Assembly: GCF_009914755.1 (NCBI RefSeq)
Contig: NC_060938.1
Source of the DNA: the human T2T-CHM13v2.0 reference genome, Homo sapiens
Length of the DNA stretch: 64,000 nucleotides
Reading direction: 5' to 3' (one strand)
Shown: positions 24,301 to 38,319 of the stretch, one piece after another
How positions within the stretch are numbered: the stretch's first letter is position 1
How the letters are laid out: each line of letters starts with the position of its first letter
The notes under the pieces: generated by a model
What the model was told of the DNA's origin: nothing
Databases searched by the model: none
The model's input: only the letters and a program-made list of their open reading frames with translations
Made by a program: the position numbers and the translations under genes

Positions 24301-26610
24301 AAGTTTCTTCATAGTGTTGACGGTCTTTACATTTTGGTATGTTTTTGCAGTGGCTGGAACAGGATTTTCCTTTCCATATTTAGTGCTTCCTTCAGGAACT
24401 CTTGTAAGGCAGACCTGGTGGTGACAAATCCCTCAGCATTTGCTTCTCTCTAGAGGATTTTATTTCTCTTTCACTTATGAAGCTTAGTTTGGCTGCCTAT
24501 GAAATTCTGGTTTGAAAATTATTTTCTTTAAAAATGTTGAATATTGGTCCCCATTCTCTTCTGGCTTGCAGGGTTTCTGCAGGGGATCCGCTGTTAGTCT
24601 GATGGGCTTCCCTTTGTGGGTAACCTGACCTTTCTCTCTGGCTGACCTTCACATTTTTTTCCTTCATTTCAACCTTGGTGAATTTGACGATTATGTGTCT
24701 TGGGGTTGCTCTTCTCGAGGAGTATCTTTGTGGTGTTCTCTGTATTTCCTGAATTTGAATGTTGGCCTATCTTGCTAGGTGGGGGAAGTTCTCCTGGATA
24801 ATATCCTTAAGTGTCTTTTCCAGCTTGGTTCCATCCTCCCTGTCAGTTTCAGGTACACTAATCAAATGGAGTTTTGTTTTTTTCACATATTCCCATATTT
24901 CTTGGAGGCTTTGTTCCTTTTCATTCTTTTTTCTCTAATATTGTCTTCATGCTTTATTTCCTTAAGCCGATCTTCAGTCTCTGATATCCTTTCTTCTGTT
25001 TGATAGATTTGGCTATTGATACTTGTGTATGCTTCACAAAGTTCTCGTACTGTGTTTTTCAGTTCCATCAGGTCATTTATGTTGTTCTCTAAAGTGGTTA
25101 TTTTAGTTAGCAGTTCCTGTAACTTTTCATCAAGGTTCTTAGCTTCCTTGCACTGGGTTAGAACAAATTCCTTTAGCTCGGAGGAGTTTGTTATTACCCA
25201 CCTTCTGAAGCCTACTTCTGTCAATTTGTCAAACTCATTCTCCATCCAGTTTTGTTCCCATGCTGATGAGGAGTTGGGATCCTTTGGAGGAGAAGAGGCA
25301 TTCTGGCTTTTGGAATTTTCAACATTTTTGCACTGGCTTTTCCTCATCTTTGTGGATTTATGTAGTTTCGATCTTTGATGCTGACGACCTTTGGATGGGG
25401 TTTTTGCATGGGTGTCCTTTTGGTTGATGTTGATGTTATTACTTTCTGTTTGTTAGTTTTCCTTCTAACAGTCAGGCCACTCTACTGCAGGTGTGCTGGA
25501 GTTTGCTGGAGTTCCACCCCAGACCCTGTTTGCCTGGGTATCACGAGCAGAGGCTGCAGAATAGCAAAGATTGCTGCCTGCTCCTTCCTCTAGAAGCTTC
25601 ATCCCAGAGGGGCACCTGCCAGATTCCAGCTGGAGCTCTCCTGTATGAGGCGTCTGTTGACCCCTGCTGGGTGGTGTCTTTCAGCCAGGAGGCACGGGGG
25701 TCAGCAACCCACTTGAGGAGGCAGTCTGTCCCTTAGCAGAGCTCAGGCGCTGTGCTGGGAGATCCACTGCTCTCTTCAGAGCCAGCAAGCAGGAATGTTT
25801 AAGTCTGCTGAAGCTGCACCCACAGCTGCCCCTTTTCTCAGGTGCTCTGTCCCTGGGAGATGAGAGTTTTATCTATAAGCCCCTGACTGGGGCTGCTGCC
25901 TTTCTTTCAGCAATGTCCTGCCCAGAGAGGAGGAATCTAGAGAAGCAGTCAGGCTACAGCAGCTTTGCCACGCTGTGGTCTGTTCTGCACCCAGTTCAAA
26001 CTTCCTCGCAGCTTTGTTTACACTGTGAGGGAAAATTCGCTTACTCAAGCCTCAGTAATGGTAGACACCCTTCCCCCCACTAAGTTGGAGCATCCCAGGT
26101 AGACTTCAGACTGCTGTGCTGGCAGCGAGAACTTCAAGTCAGTGAATCTTAGCTTGCTTGGCTCTGTGGAAGTGGGATCTGCTGAGCAAGATCACTTGGT
26201 TCCCTGGCTTCAGCCCCCTTTCCAGGGGGAGTGAATGATTCTGTCTCGCTGGGATTCCAGGTGCCACTGGGGTGTGGAAAAAAAAAACTCCTGCAGCTAG
26301 CTCAGTGTCTCCCCAAACGGCCACCCAGTTTTGTGCTTGAAACCCAGGGCCCTGGTTGTATAGGCACCTGAGGGAATCTCCCGGTCTGCGGGTTGTGAGA
26401 ACTGTGGGAAAAGTATAGTATCTGGGCTGTATAGCACTGTCCCTCACGGCACAGTCCTTCACGGCTTCCCTTGGCTAGGGGAGGGAGTTCCCCCACCCCT
26501 TGTGCTTCCTGGGTGAGGCAATGCCCCACCCTGCTTCTGCTTGCCCACTCTGGGCTGCACCCACTGTCTAACCAATCGCAGTGAGATGAGCCATCTTGCC
26601 CTGGAAACCG
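21316..26610 (-). mobile_element. L1PA7-like LINE-1 spanning 5' UTR to poly(A), with three internal deletions; ORF1 and ORF2 fragmented
   Basis: Minus-strand ORF fragments [25 protein letters not shown] (EN), QGWFNIRKS (RT) and ENEFDKLTEVGFRR (ORF1). 3' end TTATACTTTAAGTTCTGGGATACATGTGCAG; 5' YY1 motif GCCATCTTG at 26590-26598. Confidence 0.93.
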
Positions 26611-27609
26611 ATATTTTATAAAAGTATGCAACTGGAGGACCATAGGAAAAAAATATACTTCCTGATTTTGAAAACAAGGGAAAATTTCTCAGAAAAGGTG
26701 ATAGTAGAAAAACAAAAACCAAAATGATAAACTGAGCCATTTTACTTTTTTAGAATAATATTATAAATGCATGATAGATGAGTGATTCAATTCAGAGAAG
26801 TAAAGCACACAATTGAACACATATGCAGGACAAGAAAGCCAGAGATTGTGTCTGGAGGAGCTTAGAAGCAGATAAAATACTACATTCAGAATTGACCATG
26901 AAATATTAAAATAGCTGAAGCAGGGCACATACCAGAAACTCAATGATTCTGGGATAAGAAGGCTACAAATGGTGTTAAGGACATATATAAGACTAACATT
27001 TTGTGGAATTCCTTTTCCATAAGCAAAGTGTCTTTTTAATATTGTATTGTTCTCTATTGAATTAGATTATACATGGAAAGCAAGCTTGGAAGTGGAGAAA
27101 TGTTGTTTATCTATTCTGGACTACTTTTTCTCTATGTATGAGTGACAGCTTGTAATAATTAGGGAGTTAACTATGCAAGAATTATAGTGATATGTCATTG
27201 CATATGTCAACTCACAATTCTGATAAAGTCTTGTAATCCTTTCCTAACTCTGGGCTAAATATTCACTGGGAGCATTTCATGCTTTACAATAGCACCTGTG
27301 AATTACAAATAACTGAGGAGCTTGAGTGAAACACAAACTCATATTTGCCTCTTTGTGTGGTCTCACTGTGCTGCTGCCATACACATAACCTCCACATCCT
27401 GATCTTTTGTTGCTGTTGTTATTTTGTGAGATGTAAGAGCCAATGCAAACCTTATCATAGATTCAATGAATCTCATAATTGAAAAAGACTTTCAAGATCA
27501 TCTAGTTCAATATTTCAGCCAAATAATAGATTCTTTTTCTTGCATGTTTCAGAAATTGGTAGAGGTCTCCATAACCCCTGCCATTCCTGATCCCTGAAGT
27601 TTTGACTAG

Positions 27610-30600
27610 CTAAAAGTTTGACAATTTTGTTTATATTTTCAAAAAATCAGTTATTTGTTTTGATCATATTTTGTAATGTTTTTCTATTGTCTATGTTGTT
27701 CATTTATTGTCTGACCTTTATTTCCTTCTTCCTACTAATTTTGGGGTTAGTTTGTTATTGTTTTTCTAATTCTTTGAGGTGCAGTGTTGTGTTGTTTGAG
27801 ATCTTTCTTCTATTTTGATGAATATATTTATTGCCTATAAACTTCCTTCTTAGAACTGATTTTGCTATATCCCTAGGTTTTGGTATACTGTGTTTTCATT
27901 TTAGTTTGTCTCAACAAATAGTTTAAATTTATCTTTTAATTTCTTCATTAACCCTTTGGTTATGCAGGAGCATGTCATGTAGTTTCCATATATTTGTAAA
28001 CTTTCTGAAATTCCTTTTATTAATGATTTCTAGTTCTGTAGCATTGTGGTCAGAAAAGATGCTTGGTATGATCTTATCTTATTAAACTTAAGACTTGCTT
28101 TGTGGCCTCATATACAATTTATCCTGGAGAATGAGCCATGTGCAGTTGAGAAGTATGTGTATTCTGTAGCTGTAAGATGGAATGTATTGTTAATGTTTGT
28201 TAGGTCTATTTGGTCTATGATACAGTTTAAGCCTGATGCTTGTGTTCTTGATATTTCTTGTAATCTGTCCATTGTTGAAAGTGGGATGTTGAAATTTCCT
28301 ACTAATATTGTTTGCAATGTACCTCTTCGTTTAGATCTAATAATATTTGTTTTATATTTTAGGTGCATATATTTACATTCATTATATTATCTTGCTAAAC
28401 AGTTCCCTTTATCATTTGATAATGATCATTTATGGTTTATTTTTAGTTTTTTTTTTTTTTTTCTTAAAGTCTATTTTATCTGATATAAGCATAGCAACTT
28501 CTGCTTGCTTTTGGTTTACATTTGCCTGGTGCATGGAATGTCTTTTTTATCCATTTACTTTTAGTCTATGTGTGTCCTTACAGGGGAAGTGGATCTCTTA
28601 TAGTCAGCAAATACAGTTGGATTTTGTTTCTGCCATTTTGTTAATTATTTTCTGATTTTTTGTTTTTAAAATTCTTTGTTACTTTTTCCTCTCTTGTTTA
28701 CCATAGTGGTTTGGTGGTTTTCTGTTGTGGAAAGCTTTCATTCTTTTTAAAATTTTATATCTATCTGTTGTAATTCCTTTCTTTGTAGTTACCATGGTGC
28801 TAACAATAACTTTTTAGAAATAGTAGACTATTTTAAGTGACAACAACTTAGCTTTGGTAACCTAAAAATGCTCTAGACTTCTATCCTCTTCATCATAATT
28901 TATATTTTTGTTTTCTTAATTTACATTTTTATGTATTATCTATTTCTTAAAAACTGATGGTAGCTGTAATTATTTTTTATCCTTTGAATTTTATCTGTCA
29001 TACTTGAGGATTGAAATATTTCTATAGCACCTTTCCAATACTGGAGTATTCTGAATTTGATTATGAATTTACCTGTACTACTGAGTTTTATATTTGCATG
29101 TGTTTTGAAGATAGTAATTATTGTCCTTTTGCTTTCAGTTGTAGCACTCTCTTAAGCATTCCTTATAAGTCCGTTCTAGTGGTGATGAATTCCTTCAGGT
29201 CTTGCTGGGATGAACTTTATTTTTCTTTCATTTTTGAAATGTAGCTTTGCTGGGTATAGTATTCTTGGATAGCAGTTTTTTTTTTTTTCTTTTAGCACTT
29301 TGAATATATCATCTCATTCTCTCCTAGCCTGCAAGGTTTCTGGTGAAAAATTTGCTGATTGTGCAATGGGGATTTACTTACATGTTACTTGACATTTTTG
29401 TTGCTTTTAGAATTTCCTCTTGGTCTTTGACTTTTGATAATTTGATTATAATATGCCTCAGAGAGAGGTTTCTTAGTTGAATTTATTAGGGAAATTTTGA
29501 GCTTACTAAACCTGGATGTTCAATGATACCTCCAAAGACTTGGTAAGTTTTCAGCTATTATGTTAAACATGGTTTCTGTGTCTTTCTTTACCTTTTCTCC
29601 TTCTTGAGATCCTATAAGCTGAATATTTGTTCAATTGTGTCATATGAGCTACGTAGGCTTTCTTCATTCTTTTTTATTTCTTATTTTTTCTCTGACTGGG
29701 TTATTTCAACAGACCTGTCTTTAAGTTCAGAAATTTCTTCTTTTGCTTGATTTAGTCTGTTGATGAAGCTTTCAATTGTACTCTTAATTTCTCTCATTGC
29801 ATTTTTTTTCAGCTCCAAGATTTCTGCTTGTTTATTGGTGATATTTATCTTTTTCGGCATTTCATAAATTTTCTTTTCTTTGTGGTAATTACTGGAGAAT
29901 TACTGTGTTTTATTGGAGGTGTCATGTTTTCCTGTTTTTGTTTTATGTTTCTTATGTCTCTAACTTGATAACTGTGCGTCTGGTGGAATAGTTGCCTCTT
30001 CCAGTTTTATGGAGTATCTTTCATACCAAAAGTCATTTTTCTGTGGAAGAGTTATAGGGTGTTGGTTAGGTAGGATGCTTTGTGTTTGGTTCTGGGTGGA
30101 CATAGTGGTGTAGGATTTGTGCAGTTTTTTCATTTGTCATCAATGTCAGTGATGTCTGAGTGCCTCAGTGGCCTAGGCTGCAAGAGTATGTGTTGGTAGT
30201 GGCACGACTTTGCAGAGGCAGAGCCACTGGGCTGGTTCTCAGGCTGATGGTATGCACACATGGTAGGTTTGCTGGCTCAGTGTCAGAGCTACTGAACTGG
30301 TTTTCAGGTGAAGGATGTACATGCATGGTGGTTCTCCTGGCTGGGGTTGGACTCTTTGTTGTGCAGAACTGCCTTTTCCTTAGGAGGCAGGTGCTATGTG
30401 AGCTCAGGCATCAGGATCATGGTCATTCTGTTCGCCCTAAGCTCTGAGTAGCTGATGGCACTGCAGCCACCCATGTGAGTGTCCTGGAATGACAGTGGAG
30501 CCTCAGGAATGGAGTGACATTACGGCTATTTGCCTCCAGAGCAGGATACCGTCTAGCAGTGACATCAGTTTCAAGATATCACCATGCCTTATCAGCTTGG

Positions 30601-31040
30601 GGGTTGGAGGTGTGTGCAATGTATGCTCCTACTCCAGAGCAATGCAGCCATGTGAACCCCTGAATGCTCCCCAATCTGGGCCCATGGCCTGTGAGGGCTG
30701 TGGGATTGTCCTGTAGCAAGAACTGCAGGTGTTTCTGTTGCTAACAGGGGCTTTTGGGAGCCTACTGCTTATCTTTTTTCTGCAAAGAAAAGTTCCTCCT
30801 TATTTGAAGTCAATCCTAGTGGAGGAGAGGTGTGGCAGAGGCAGGGTGTTTTGCTCTCCTTTCTATACTGCCATTACGGGTTTCTGTGTTCCATAGGAAT
30901 TCTGCCACTACCTTGCTGTACTCCAGAACTCTCCGTAGGGAACTCCAGTAGAAATGTAGTTGTTTATTTGTTCTTTAGGTCCTTTTTTAGGGGATGAAAT
31001 CAGTGCCAGGCACCTCTAGGCAACCATCTTGATGTCATTC
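27610..31040 (-). mobile_element. Old L1M-type 5' half (5' UTR, ORF1 remnant, ORF2 endonuclease remnant)
   Basis: ORF 28108-28368 ILVGNFNIPLSTMDR...TEYTYFSTAHGSFSRI is L1 EN-like. More GC-rich 5' UTR at ~30100-31040 ending CCATCTTG. Confidence 0.8.
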
Positions 31041-31299
31041 TGAAGTTATGACTATGTCACTCCCCCATATTTTGGATTAATCTAATTGTTAAATGTTTCT
31101 CTGATTTAATATAAAAGTATAATTGTTTTTCTCTGCAGTGACTATCTAGGTCTTCATTCTTTCTATGAAGAAACACAGAATAAGTCAAATCTGTATTTCC
31201 CTTACAAACTTTTAATAACTTTAAGAACTCTTTTGATTCTGTATCCAAATCTACTCTTTTCCTAGTGAAATACATGTGATTCCTCCTTCTCTAATACAT

Positions 31300-31600
31300 A
31301 TTCTTAGTGCTTGTTTTTGGAGTGAATACATATGGCATGGTTTAGATCCTCCATCATCTACTTTTCTTTCTTCTGGATTCCATACAATATTTTATTTTTA
31401 TGTTTCTTTTAAAATACCATGCCCAGAATGAAACATTATGCCCCAGATTTTTTTCTGACTTTCCTAGAGTAGACCAAAAGTATTTGCTTTATTGTGACAG
31501 AATCATTACTTCTATTATTATGGCCTAAGATTTCATTAGGTTTTGGCCAGCAAATCATATTGTTGCTACGTATTGAACTTAAATCCAAGAGCTCTCATAT
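31300..31600 (-). mobile_element. Possible L3/CR1 fragment
   Basis: GCCCAGAATGAAACATTAT...CTTCTATTATTATGGCCTAAGATTTCATTAG...ATATTGTTG...TATTGAACTT resembles L3; highly degenerate. Confidence 0.4.
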
Positions 31601-32799
31601 GTCTTTAACTTACAGTATTCCATTTAGTCCAGCTCTCTCCTTGTGTCCATGAGTAATCAGAACAGTAGAGAGTAGTACTAATGTAATATTTGGAAAAATT
31701 CTGAAATGGATTAAAACATTATAGATATGTTTATTATTGGTTTATGAAATTATTATATTATTAATTCCATTATCACCACTCCCAAAATGTACCCTACAAA
31801 TCTATCACCTAAAAAAGCTACTGTTTACTTATGGTGCCTTAGAGAAAATTAACATCATGCCTAAACCAAAAGGTCTGCTTAGCTAGAATTACAACCCTTG
31901 AGTTAAAGAACATTTAGCCTAATTTGTATTTCTTTTGTTAACCAGGAATTCATGGTCAGTGGAGATTGATAGTGCATTTTGCAATCTATTCAACTTAATT
32001 TTTACCTGATCTAACGTCACCTGCTCTGCTATGCTGTGGAGACTTAGAGTAAGCTACTCCATTAAGCAATCCTGCTGTGATATTTCTAATGTTTAGAAGT
32101 TTAATGTATTTCCGCAATATATATCCACAGGTGTCTGGTGAGTATCTATTTATTCATCTGTGGTAAGCTGGTTACCGATTTCTACTAGTATATTATAAGC
32201 TTGAATTATTTTTTTTTGAATCACATCTTCCATCATTAGAACTGTAACCTGCCACAGTGGTCTCCCTTAGTTAATGACCTAATTTTTATGAGATTCTTTT
32301 AATAATTTTCTTTTGTCCCCATGTGTTTGTTTATTGCCTCACATAAAATTATATTAGCTAAAGATTAAAGAATTATGTCTTGAACAATGAGAAACATGCC
32401 TACCAACCTAGGACTTTTGAATAGTGAATAAATTGGATGAGGAATCTAGGAAACAAAGGAGGGTACATATGTGTGAAATTTTGATGGGATAAAATTTTAC
32501 TATTAAAAGTTCTGTATAACTAAGGTACACACACATACATGCACACATATCAAGATGTAATGTAATAGAGCACAGCAAGTCTGCCGTGACCCAGATAATT
32601 GAGCCGAGGCTTTGATAAACAGGGACGATGCATTTAAGGGCAAAACATGAGCATGGTTATTTAAGGCAATATCAATATCTCTGCCACACCCTTGATATGA
32701 CAAAGAACAGAGAGCTAGATGTGATTGAGTTATTATTTCAAAAATATGTGCAGTGTATACTGAAGGGGGATTATACTACTCCCCCGGGGCCTCCAGCCA

Positions 32800-33065
32800 C
32801 ACCACTAGTCCTATTGACATCTGAACTGGCCATGTTGCTTAATTGAATGTCAGCAGAATTGATGTGTGCCCCTTTCAAGTAGCAATAGGAACCATTCTGT
32901 GATTCTGTCTCTCTCTTGTTTCTATTGTAAGATCAATATGTTCCTTATAGTGGCTATTCCTTCATCTCTTGTCTCAAAATAAACAGGAGGTAGAAGAAAT
33001 CATTTCTGACCCATGTCAGATAAGAATGTAAAAAAGAAATTATTATTGTTATAAGCTATCACATA
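32800..33065 (+). mobile_element. Possible old MLT1 (J/K-like) LTR fragment
   Basis: GGCCATGTTGCTT...AGAATTGATGTGTGCC...AGAAATTATTATTGTTATAAGC. Confidence 0.4.
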
Positions 33066-33399
33066 ATATGTGCTTCACCATTTATAAAGTTACCTTTCAG
33101 TGTTCAGAGCTGTGTGTCAGAACAAAAGCACTTATGCCTAATTAAGTAATAACCACATAATTGACAATTACAGGTCACATATAATATAAACATTTTCTAA
33201 GTAAGTATTTGTAATTGTATTAGCAGAAAATAGTGATTGTCTATTAGATGTAATATATGCCTTAATTAGAATAGTGAGCACGAAGCATATTCTTGGAAAA
33301 TTGGTAAGGATAATGTAATCAAACTATCATTTAAGTAGTAAAACTACAATAAACTTCAAATCATTCAATTGTTAGATTCCTAATTTATAAGATAAAAAA

Positions 33400-33882
33400 T
33401 TTAGTCAGCTGAATGGTGCTACAAAGATTGTGTCTACTTCCTAATCCCTGGAACCTGTGAATAGTACTTTATGTGGCAAAGAGTAAATATCTTATTTGGC
33501 AAAAGATGTGATTAAAGTTCTTGAGAGGAAGCACTTATCCTGGATTATCTTTGATGGCCCTAAATGCAACCAATGTTTTCTTATATAAGATAGGCAGAGA
33601 AAGTTTTGAGATAGACACAAAGGGAAGGTTACGTGAAGACAGAGCCACAAACAGATGCAGCTACAAGCCACGGAATGCTAACAGCCACTGGAAGCTGGAA
33701 TGAAAAAACAAAACAAAACAAAACAAAAAACACCTCCCTTTAAATACTTGAGGAACAATGGCCCTGCTGACAATCTGATTTTGGAGTTTTGGTCTCCAGA
33801 ACTGTATGACAATAAATTTCTGTTGTTTTTAAGCTGCCAAGTTTGTGGAGATTCGTTACAACAGCCTTGGGAGACTAATATC
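33400..33882 (+). mobile_element. MLT1D-like MaLR solo LTR
   Basis: CCTAATCCCTGGAACCTGTGAATA...GGATTATC...GGCCCTAAATG...GGCCCTGCTGACA...TCCAGAACTGTA...AAGTTTGTGG...GAGACTAATA. Confidence 0.85.
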
Positions 33883-35109
33883 CATGGTAAACCAAACAGA
33901 TCACAAATTCTGGGGACTTTTTAAGTATACAGGTTTATAGGCCTGGAGATTAGAGTTCAAATAAATCTACAGTGGGACACATGTTTGTATATTTTCAACA
34001 ATTTCTTTAAGAAACGGGAATACTGTAAATCTTAATACATTTTGGGAGGAATATTTGGAATGGGTAACACAAAGAAATTCTTGTGAGTACATATGAAGTA
34101 ATGAATAGCTTACTGAGTAAACATTACAAGTTCATGTCTCCAGTGATTCAGCATACAACTTCCAGGCACATCTCACTATTTCTTATTTCTGAACATCATG
34201 CATATTTTTAAAAAAAAACTAAAATGTACTTACTCTTTTTTAATGATTAATTTTACAAATAACATAATCAGCACCCCACACCCCAAAATGATCAATAAAC
34301 TATTATTAAACACGGGTTTTATAGCACATGGTGAAAAGCTCTTAAAACTGCATTTATTTATCAACAAAATGATACAGTCTTGAGAAACATCTACAATCAT
34401 AGACTATTATAAACTTTGCTATTTCAAATCATATCAGAAAGCATGGAACATGTCATTCTTGTCTAGAATATCTGAGCTTCTTGGGTCACTTCGATACAGA
34501 GAAGCAGCTTTGATTTTTCAGACCAGCTTCAGTGTCTCAGATACAGGATTTTTGCACTCACAATTCTGTGTTCTTCTAACTTGTAGATTTTAAGAAAATG
34601 GAACCTGAGTCTTATTTCTCAACTTGAGCCTGATACTTACCTTTTACAAACAGGGCTACTTTGCTTTGTGCCAAACAAAACACTGCTTCATTTAAATTTT
34701 ACCTAAACCCAACCCTTGGTCAAAATTCTGTAATAACCCTTACGTCTTCCTTTGTTAGGTGAGGTACTTTTTTTTCCCTCAAGTATTCTTCCTTATTCTG
34801 GCAAATTAATAATCCTAACTTGTTTGGACCCTAGGTTGGTCTTGTTGTCTTTGTCTGTTGGACTTTATTAACAGTTTGGGAAATGCTGGTAAAGAAAAAA
34901 AAAAGTACAAGTTCAGAAGAAGATAAGATTATGGAGGAATAAAGTAGTATGATGAGGAATCATTGAGAGAGAATGTGAGCTGGATACTATTGGGCATATT
35001 GGGTTTATGGAGGCAGAGATTTTAGAAGCAGCATCAGATCAACTGTGTGACCAAAGACAAATGAGGGAGCATTCAATTATTTAGCAAATCTTTATAAACT
35101 CTCCCTTTA

Positions 35110-35490
35110 AATGCAATAACTCACTACATCTCTTGCTTCTACACTAACCCGAGCCCTGTCTGGATTAATGCAGTAATTTTCTAATGGGTTCCTACTTCTA
35201 CTTGTGCCCACCTACAGTGCATAAAACACTCAGCAGCCAGGATTACCATTCAAAATGTGAACCATGTCATATTTCACTCCTTCATAAAATCCCCCAGTGA
35301 CTTCTGCTATACAAGAAATCCAAAGTCCTTCCATAGCCCATAAGGCTTTATACAATCTAGTCTCTGATGACTTCTCAGAATTTATCCCTACCAACCTTTG
35401 GGCTCACTGTGCTCCAGCTACATAAGCCTGCTGTCTCTTTCTCCATCAGCCTAAAGGTGTTTGTATGCATTGTATTCTTTGCCTAGAGAC
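35110..35490 (+). mobile_element. L2 fragment
   Basis: CAGCAGCCAGG...AAAATCCCCCAGTGACTTC...AAATCCAAAGTCCTT...CTCACTGTGCTCCAGC. Confidence 0.7.
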
Positions 35491-37464
35491 GGTAGGGGAA
35501 GAAAGGGGTTGAAAGTAGATTTTGAAGTAACTAAAGGGGCATATTCAATCACATTTATGACTTTATATATGTCATAAATGTACAGACCAAAATGCATATA
35601 TCAAAAAACATCAAGTATAAGAATGAAGACTTGATTGTTGTTACAATAGTTTCTGTTCTACATGTAGTCAATAAAAATGTCATTTTAATTTATACAATAT
35701 ACATTTTTTACTTTTAGAAAAAAAAATCTATTTAAACAAGGAGCCCCTCAAGGTTAGTCTGTTTGACTCTTAGTAGTGCTTAAGGTGATGCTGTTCTGTG
35801 AATCATGTTCCCTTTACATTCCCATCCTCCTTTCCCACCTTATTTAAGTTATCTTAAAGGGGCAAAATTATCATCATCTTCTAAAGACAAAGCTTTCCTA
35901 TGGCACTACAAATATTGTATAATGATGGAACTGAGATGAAAATTCACAGACATATGCAGTTTTTTACTTGTGAACAATTGTGTTGCTTCTACAAACGATA
36001 TATTAAGACTTTTGCTGCCAAACTCATTGAAAGCCCATAAATTTGCATACACTTTACTGATGTGACCTAATTAAGAAGTGAATTGAATTTTATTAAAATC
36101 TATGTTCCAGAGCCTCATTCTAATAAAGTACTTTTAGTGGCTGAAATTGATGTATTGAGCATTTTGACTCCAATATTCTGATGTGGATTCAACTCCATGT
36201 GTAAACTTTTTACCTTTGCTAATCAGCAGCATGTCTTACCATAATAGGTAACAGTATTTCACGTAGACTACCATTCCAGGCTTCCACATATATTACTAAA
36301 TGTTTAGATGAGTGATTCATTATAGAATGGTCAGGTTTGTATCAGTGGATGTGACTAAATTTGTAGTATAGAAGTTCAAACATTAATTATTTTGATTTCA
36401 TTTATACTTTTCATTCTAGAACTAAAACATTCTAGAACATTTCCATTCATCAGAACCCCACTCTGATACATTTAGATTTGAAATGTTAAGGTCTATCGGT
36501 ATTTGTAATACTTATAATTTTATTTTTAAATTCCTAGGGCTTATTGTTCTCAAAAAGAGACTTGGTCATTCTTTAATATTTGTATTATTCTGAACAGTAC
36601 ATAGTTCATAAGTGAGTCTAGTTAAAGTCTTAGCAAACTGTAGGCCTGTCTTGTGTTTGGTTTATATGGATACAGAGAATGAAAGACTATTATCTTGCCA
36701 TAAAGGTAATAATAATTCATAGAAAAACTCTCATTGGCTTTAACAGAATATCCATTTCTATAAATAGCTATTTCTATGAATATCCCCCTTCACCACTAAT
36801 AAATACTTTTAGATTTTAGCTATGTTTTTAGATAGACAGTTTGATTATATTGCTTTAAAATTATATATGGTAAATTAATTTTTTCCTAATTTTATTGTCA
36901 TGTTTATTATTACAAATTATTTACTAAAAGTCTATGAGAAATAGGAATAGCACTTGTGCTGTTTTCAAGATAGCAATGTTTTTCCATGTATAATCAACTC
37001 ACATATACTTTACTCTGTGATTTGTGTAAAATAATTGGCATTTAAAGAGGTATAGTGTATGGCACTATAAGAAAATTAACTTGTATTTATTCTCTGAATT
37101 TACTCATTGTTTGTAGCTCTGATACACTAACACAAAACTTGTTTATGACCAGAGTGTAAAGTCAGAACCATTCACTAAAAAGGAATTGATTGCAGACCCA
37201 GTCATATAAGCTTATTTTGAGTTTTTGCTTAAATGCTAAGGTATAAGTCTAACAGGGATCCTGACACCACATTTTTTTCTTATCTGAATTGAGTTCTTTA
37301 TTCTGAGCATTCTTGTTCTTTATCATATATAATTGGACATTATAGCCAAATGATAATTCATGATTTGTTTTAAATAGGTTATTTAGTAAAAAGATTATGT
37401 TTTATAGTTGTTTCTAAGAGGAGTGAAAGAGTTCAAGGCCTTCCCAGTCATAGGTTTATGCAAT

Positions 37465-38300
37465 TTTTAGAAATTTACATTTAATAAAATCTGCTTTTTG
37501 TGATGTACAACTCTGTGAGTTTTGAGAACTTCATACAATTGTGTATCCACTGCCATGGTCAAGATAGAGAACACTTCTGGCTTCTAAAAAAGTTCCTCTG
37601 CTGCCTCATTGTAATCACCTTCACTCCACATGCCTAGCTCCTGGAATTCACTGATCTATTCTCTAACCCTATAATTTTGCTTTTTCTGGAATGTCATATA
37701 AGTGAAATAATATAATATGTGGTTTTTCAATTAGCAGAATGCATTTGATATTCACCCACATTTTTATTGTGAACCAATAATTTGGGGTTTTTTTTGGTTT
37801 GTTTTTTCCCTTAATAGCATTCTGTAGTATAAATATCTAGCAGTTCATCTATTTACCAGTTTAAAGATATTAAGAGCTTCAAGTTTTGAGTGGTTGTGTT
37901 TAAAGCTTGTTTAAACACTTTGTGTGACCATTAATTATAACTGCTCTAGGTAAGTGCCCACAGAGGGTTGCTGGGCTGTGTGATATTTGACATTACAAAA
38001 AACAGCCAAACTATAATCCAAGTGATGATACCATTTTACTTCCTATTGGAAGGTAAAATGGTTCTTGTTGCTTTGCATCTTTGCCAGCACTTGATTAGTT
38101 TCTGTTGTGGTTGGATTTTGGCTTTAATTTTTGATCATTCTAATTGGTATTTCATGGTATCTCATTGTGGAGTTAACCTATAATTTTTTTAGCAAAAAAT
38201 AATGGTGAGCATATTTTATGTGCTTATTTGCCATCTGTTCATCTTCTGTTATAAAATATCTAATCAGATTTTTCACCCACTTAAAATATTTAAGTTAAAA
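37465..38300 (-). mobile_element. Old L1 (L1MC/MD-like) 3' fragment
   Basis: TGTACAACTCTGTGAGTTTTGA...TTTTTCTGGAATGTCATATAAGTG...GGTATCTCATTGTGG...GTGCTTATTTGCCATCTG. Confidence 0.7.
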
Positions 38301-38319
38301 TTAATAGTTTCCTTTCACA

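Noticed and set aside
32120-32145. Possible 7-nt micro-exon CACAG|GTGTCTG|GTGAGT
   Set aside because: Weak polypyrimidine tract and no gene context; expected by chance in 64 kb.
36758-36772. MEF2 consensus CTATAAATAG
   Set aside because: A single AT-rich motif in AT-rich DNA with no supporting context.
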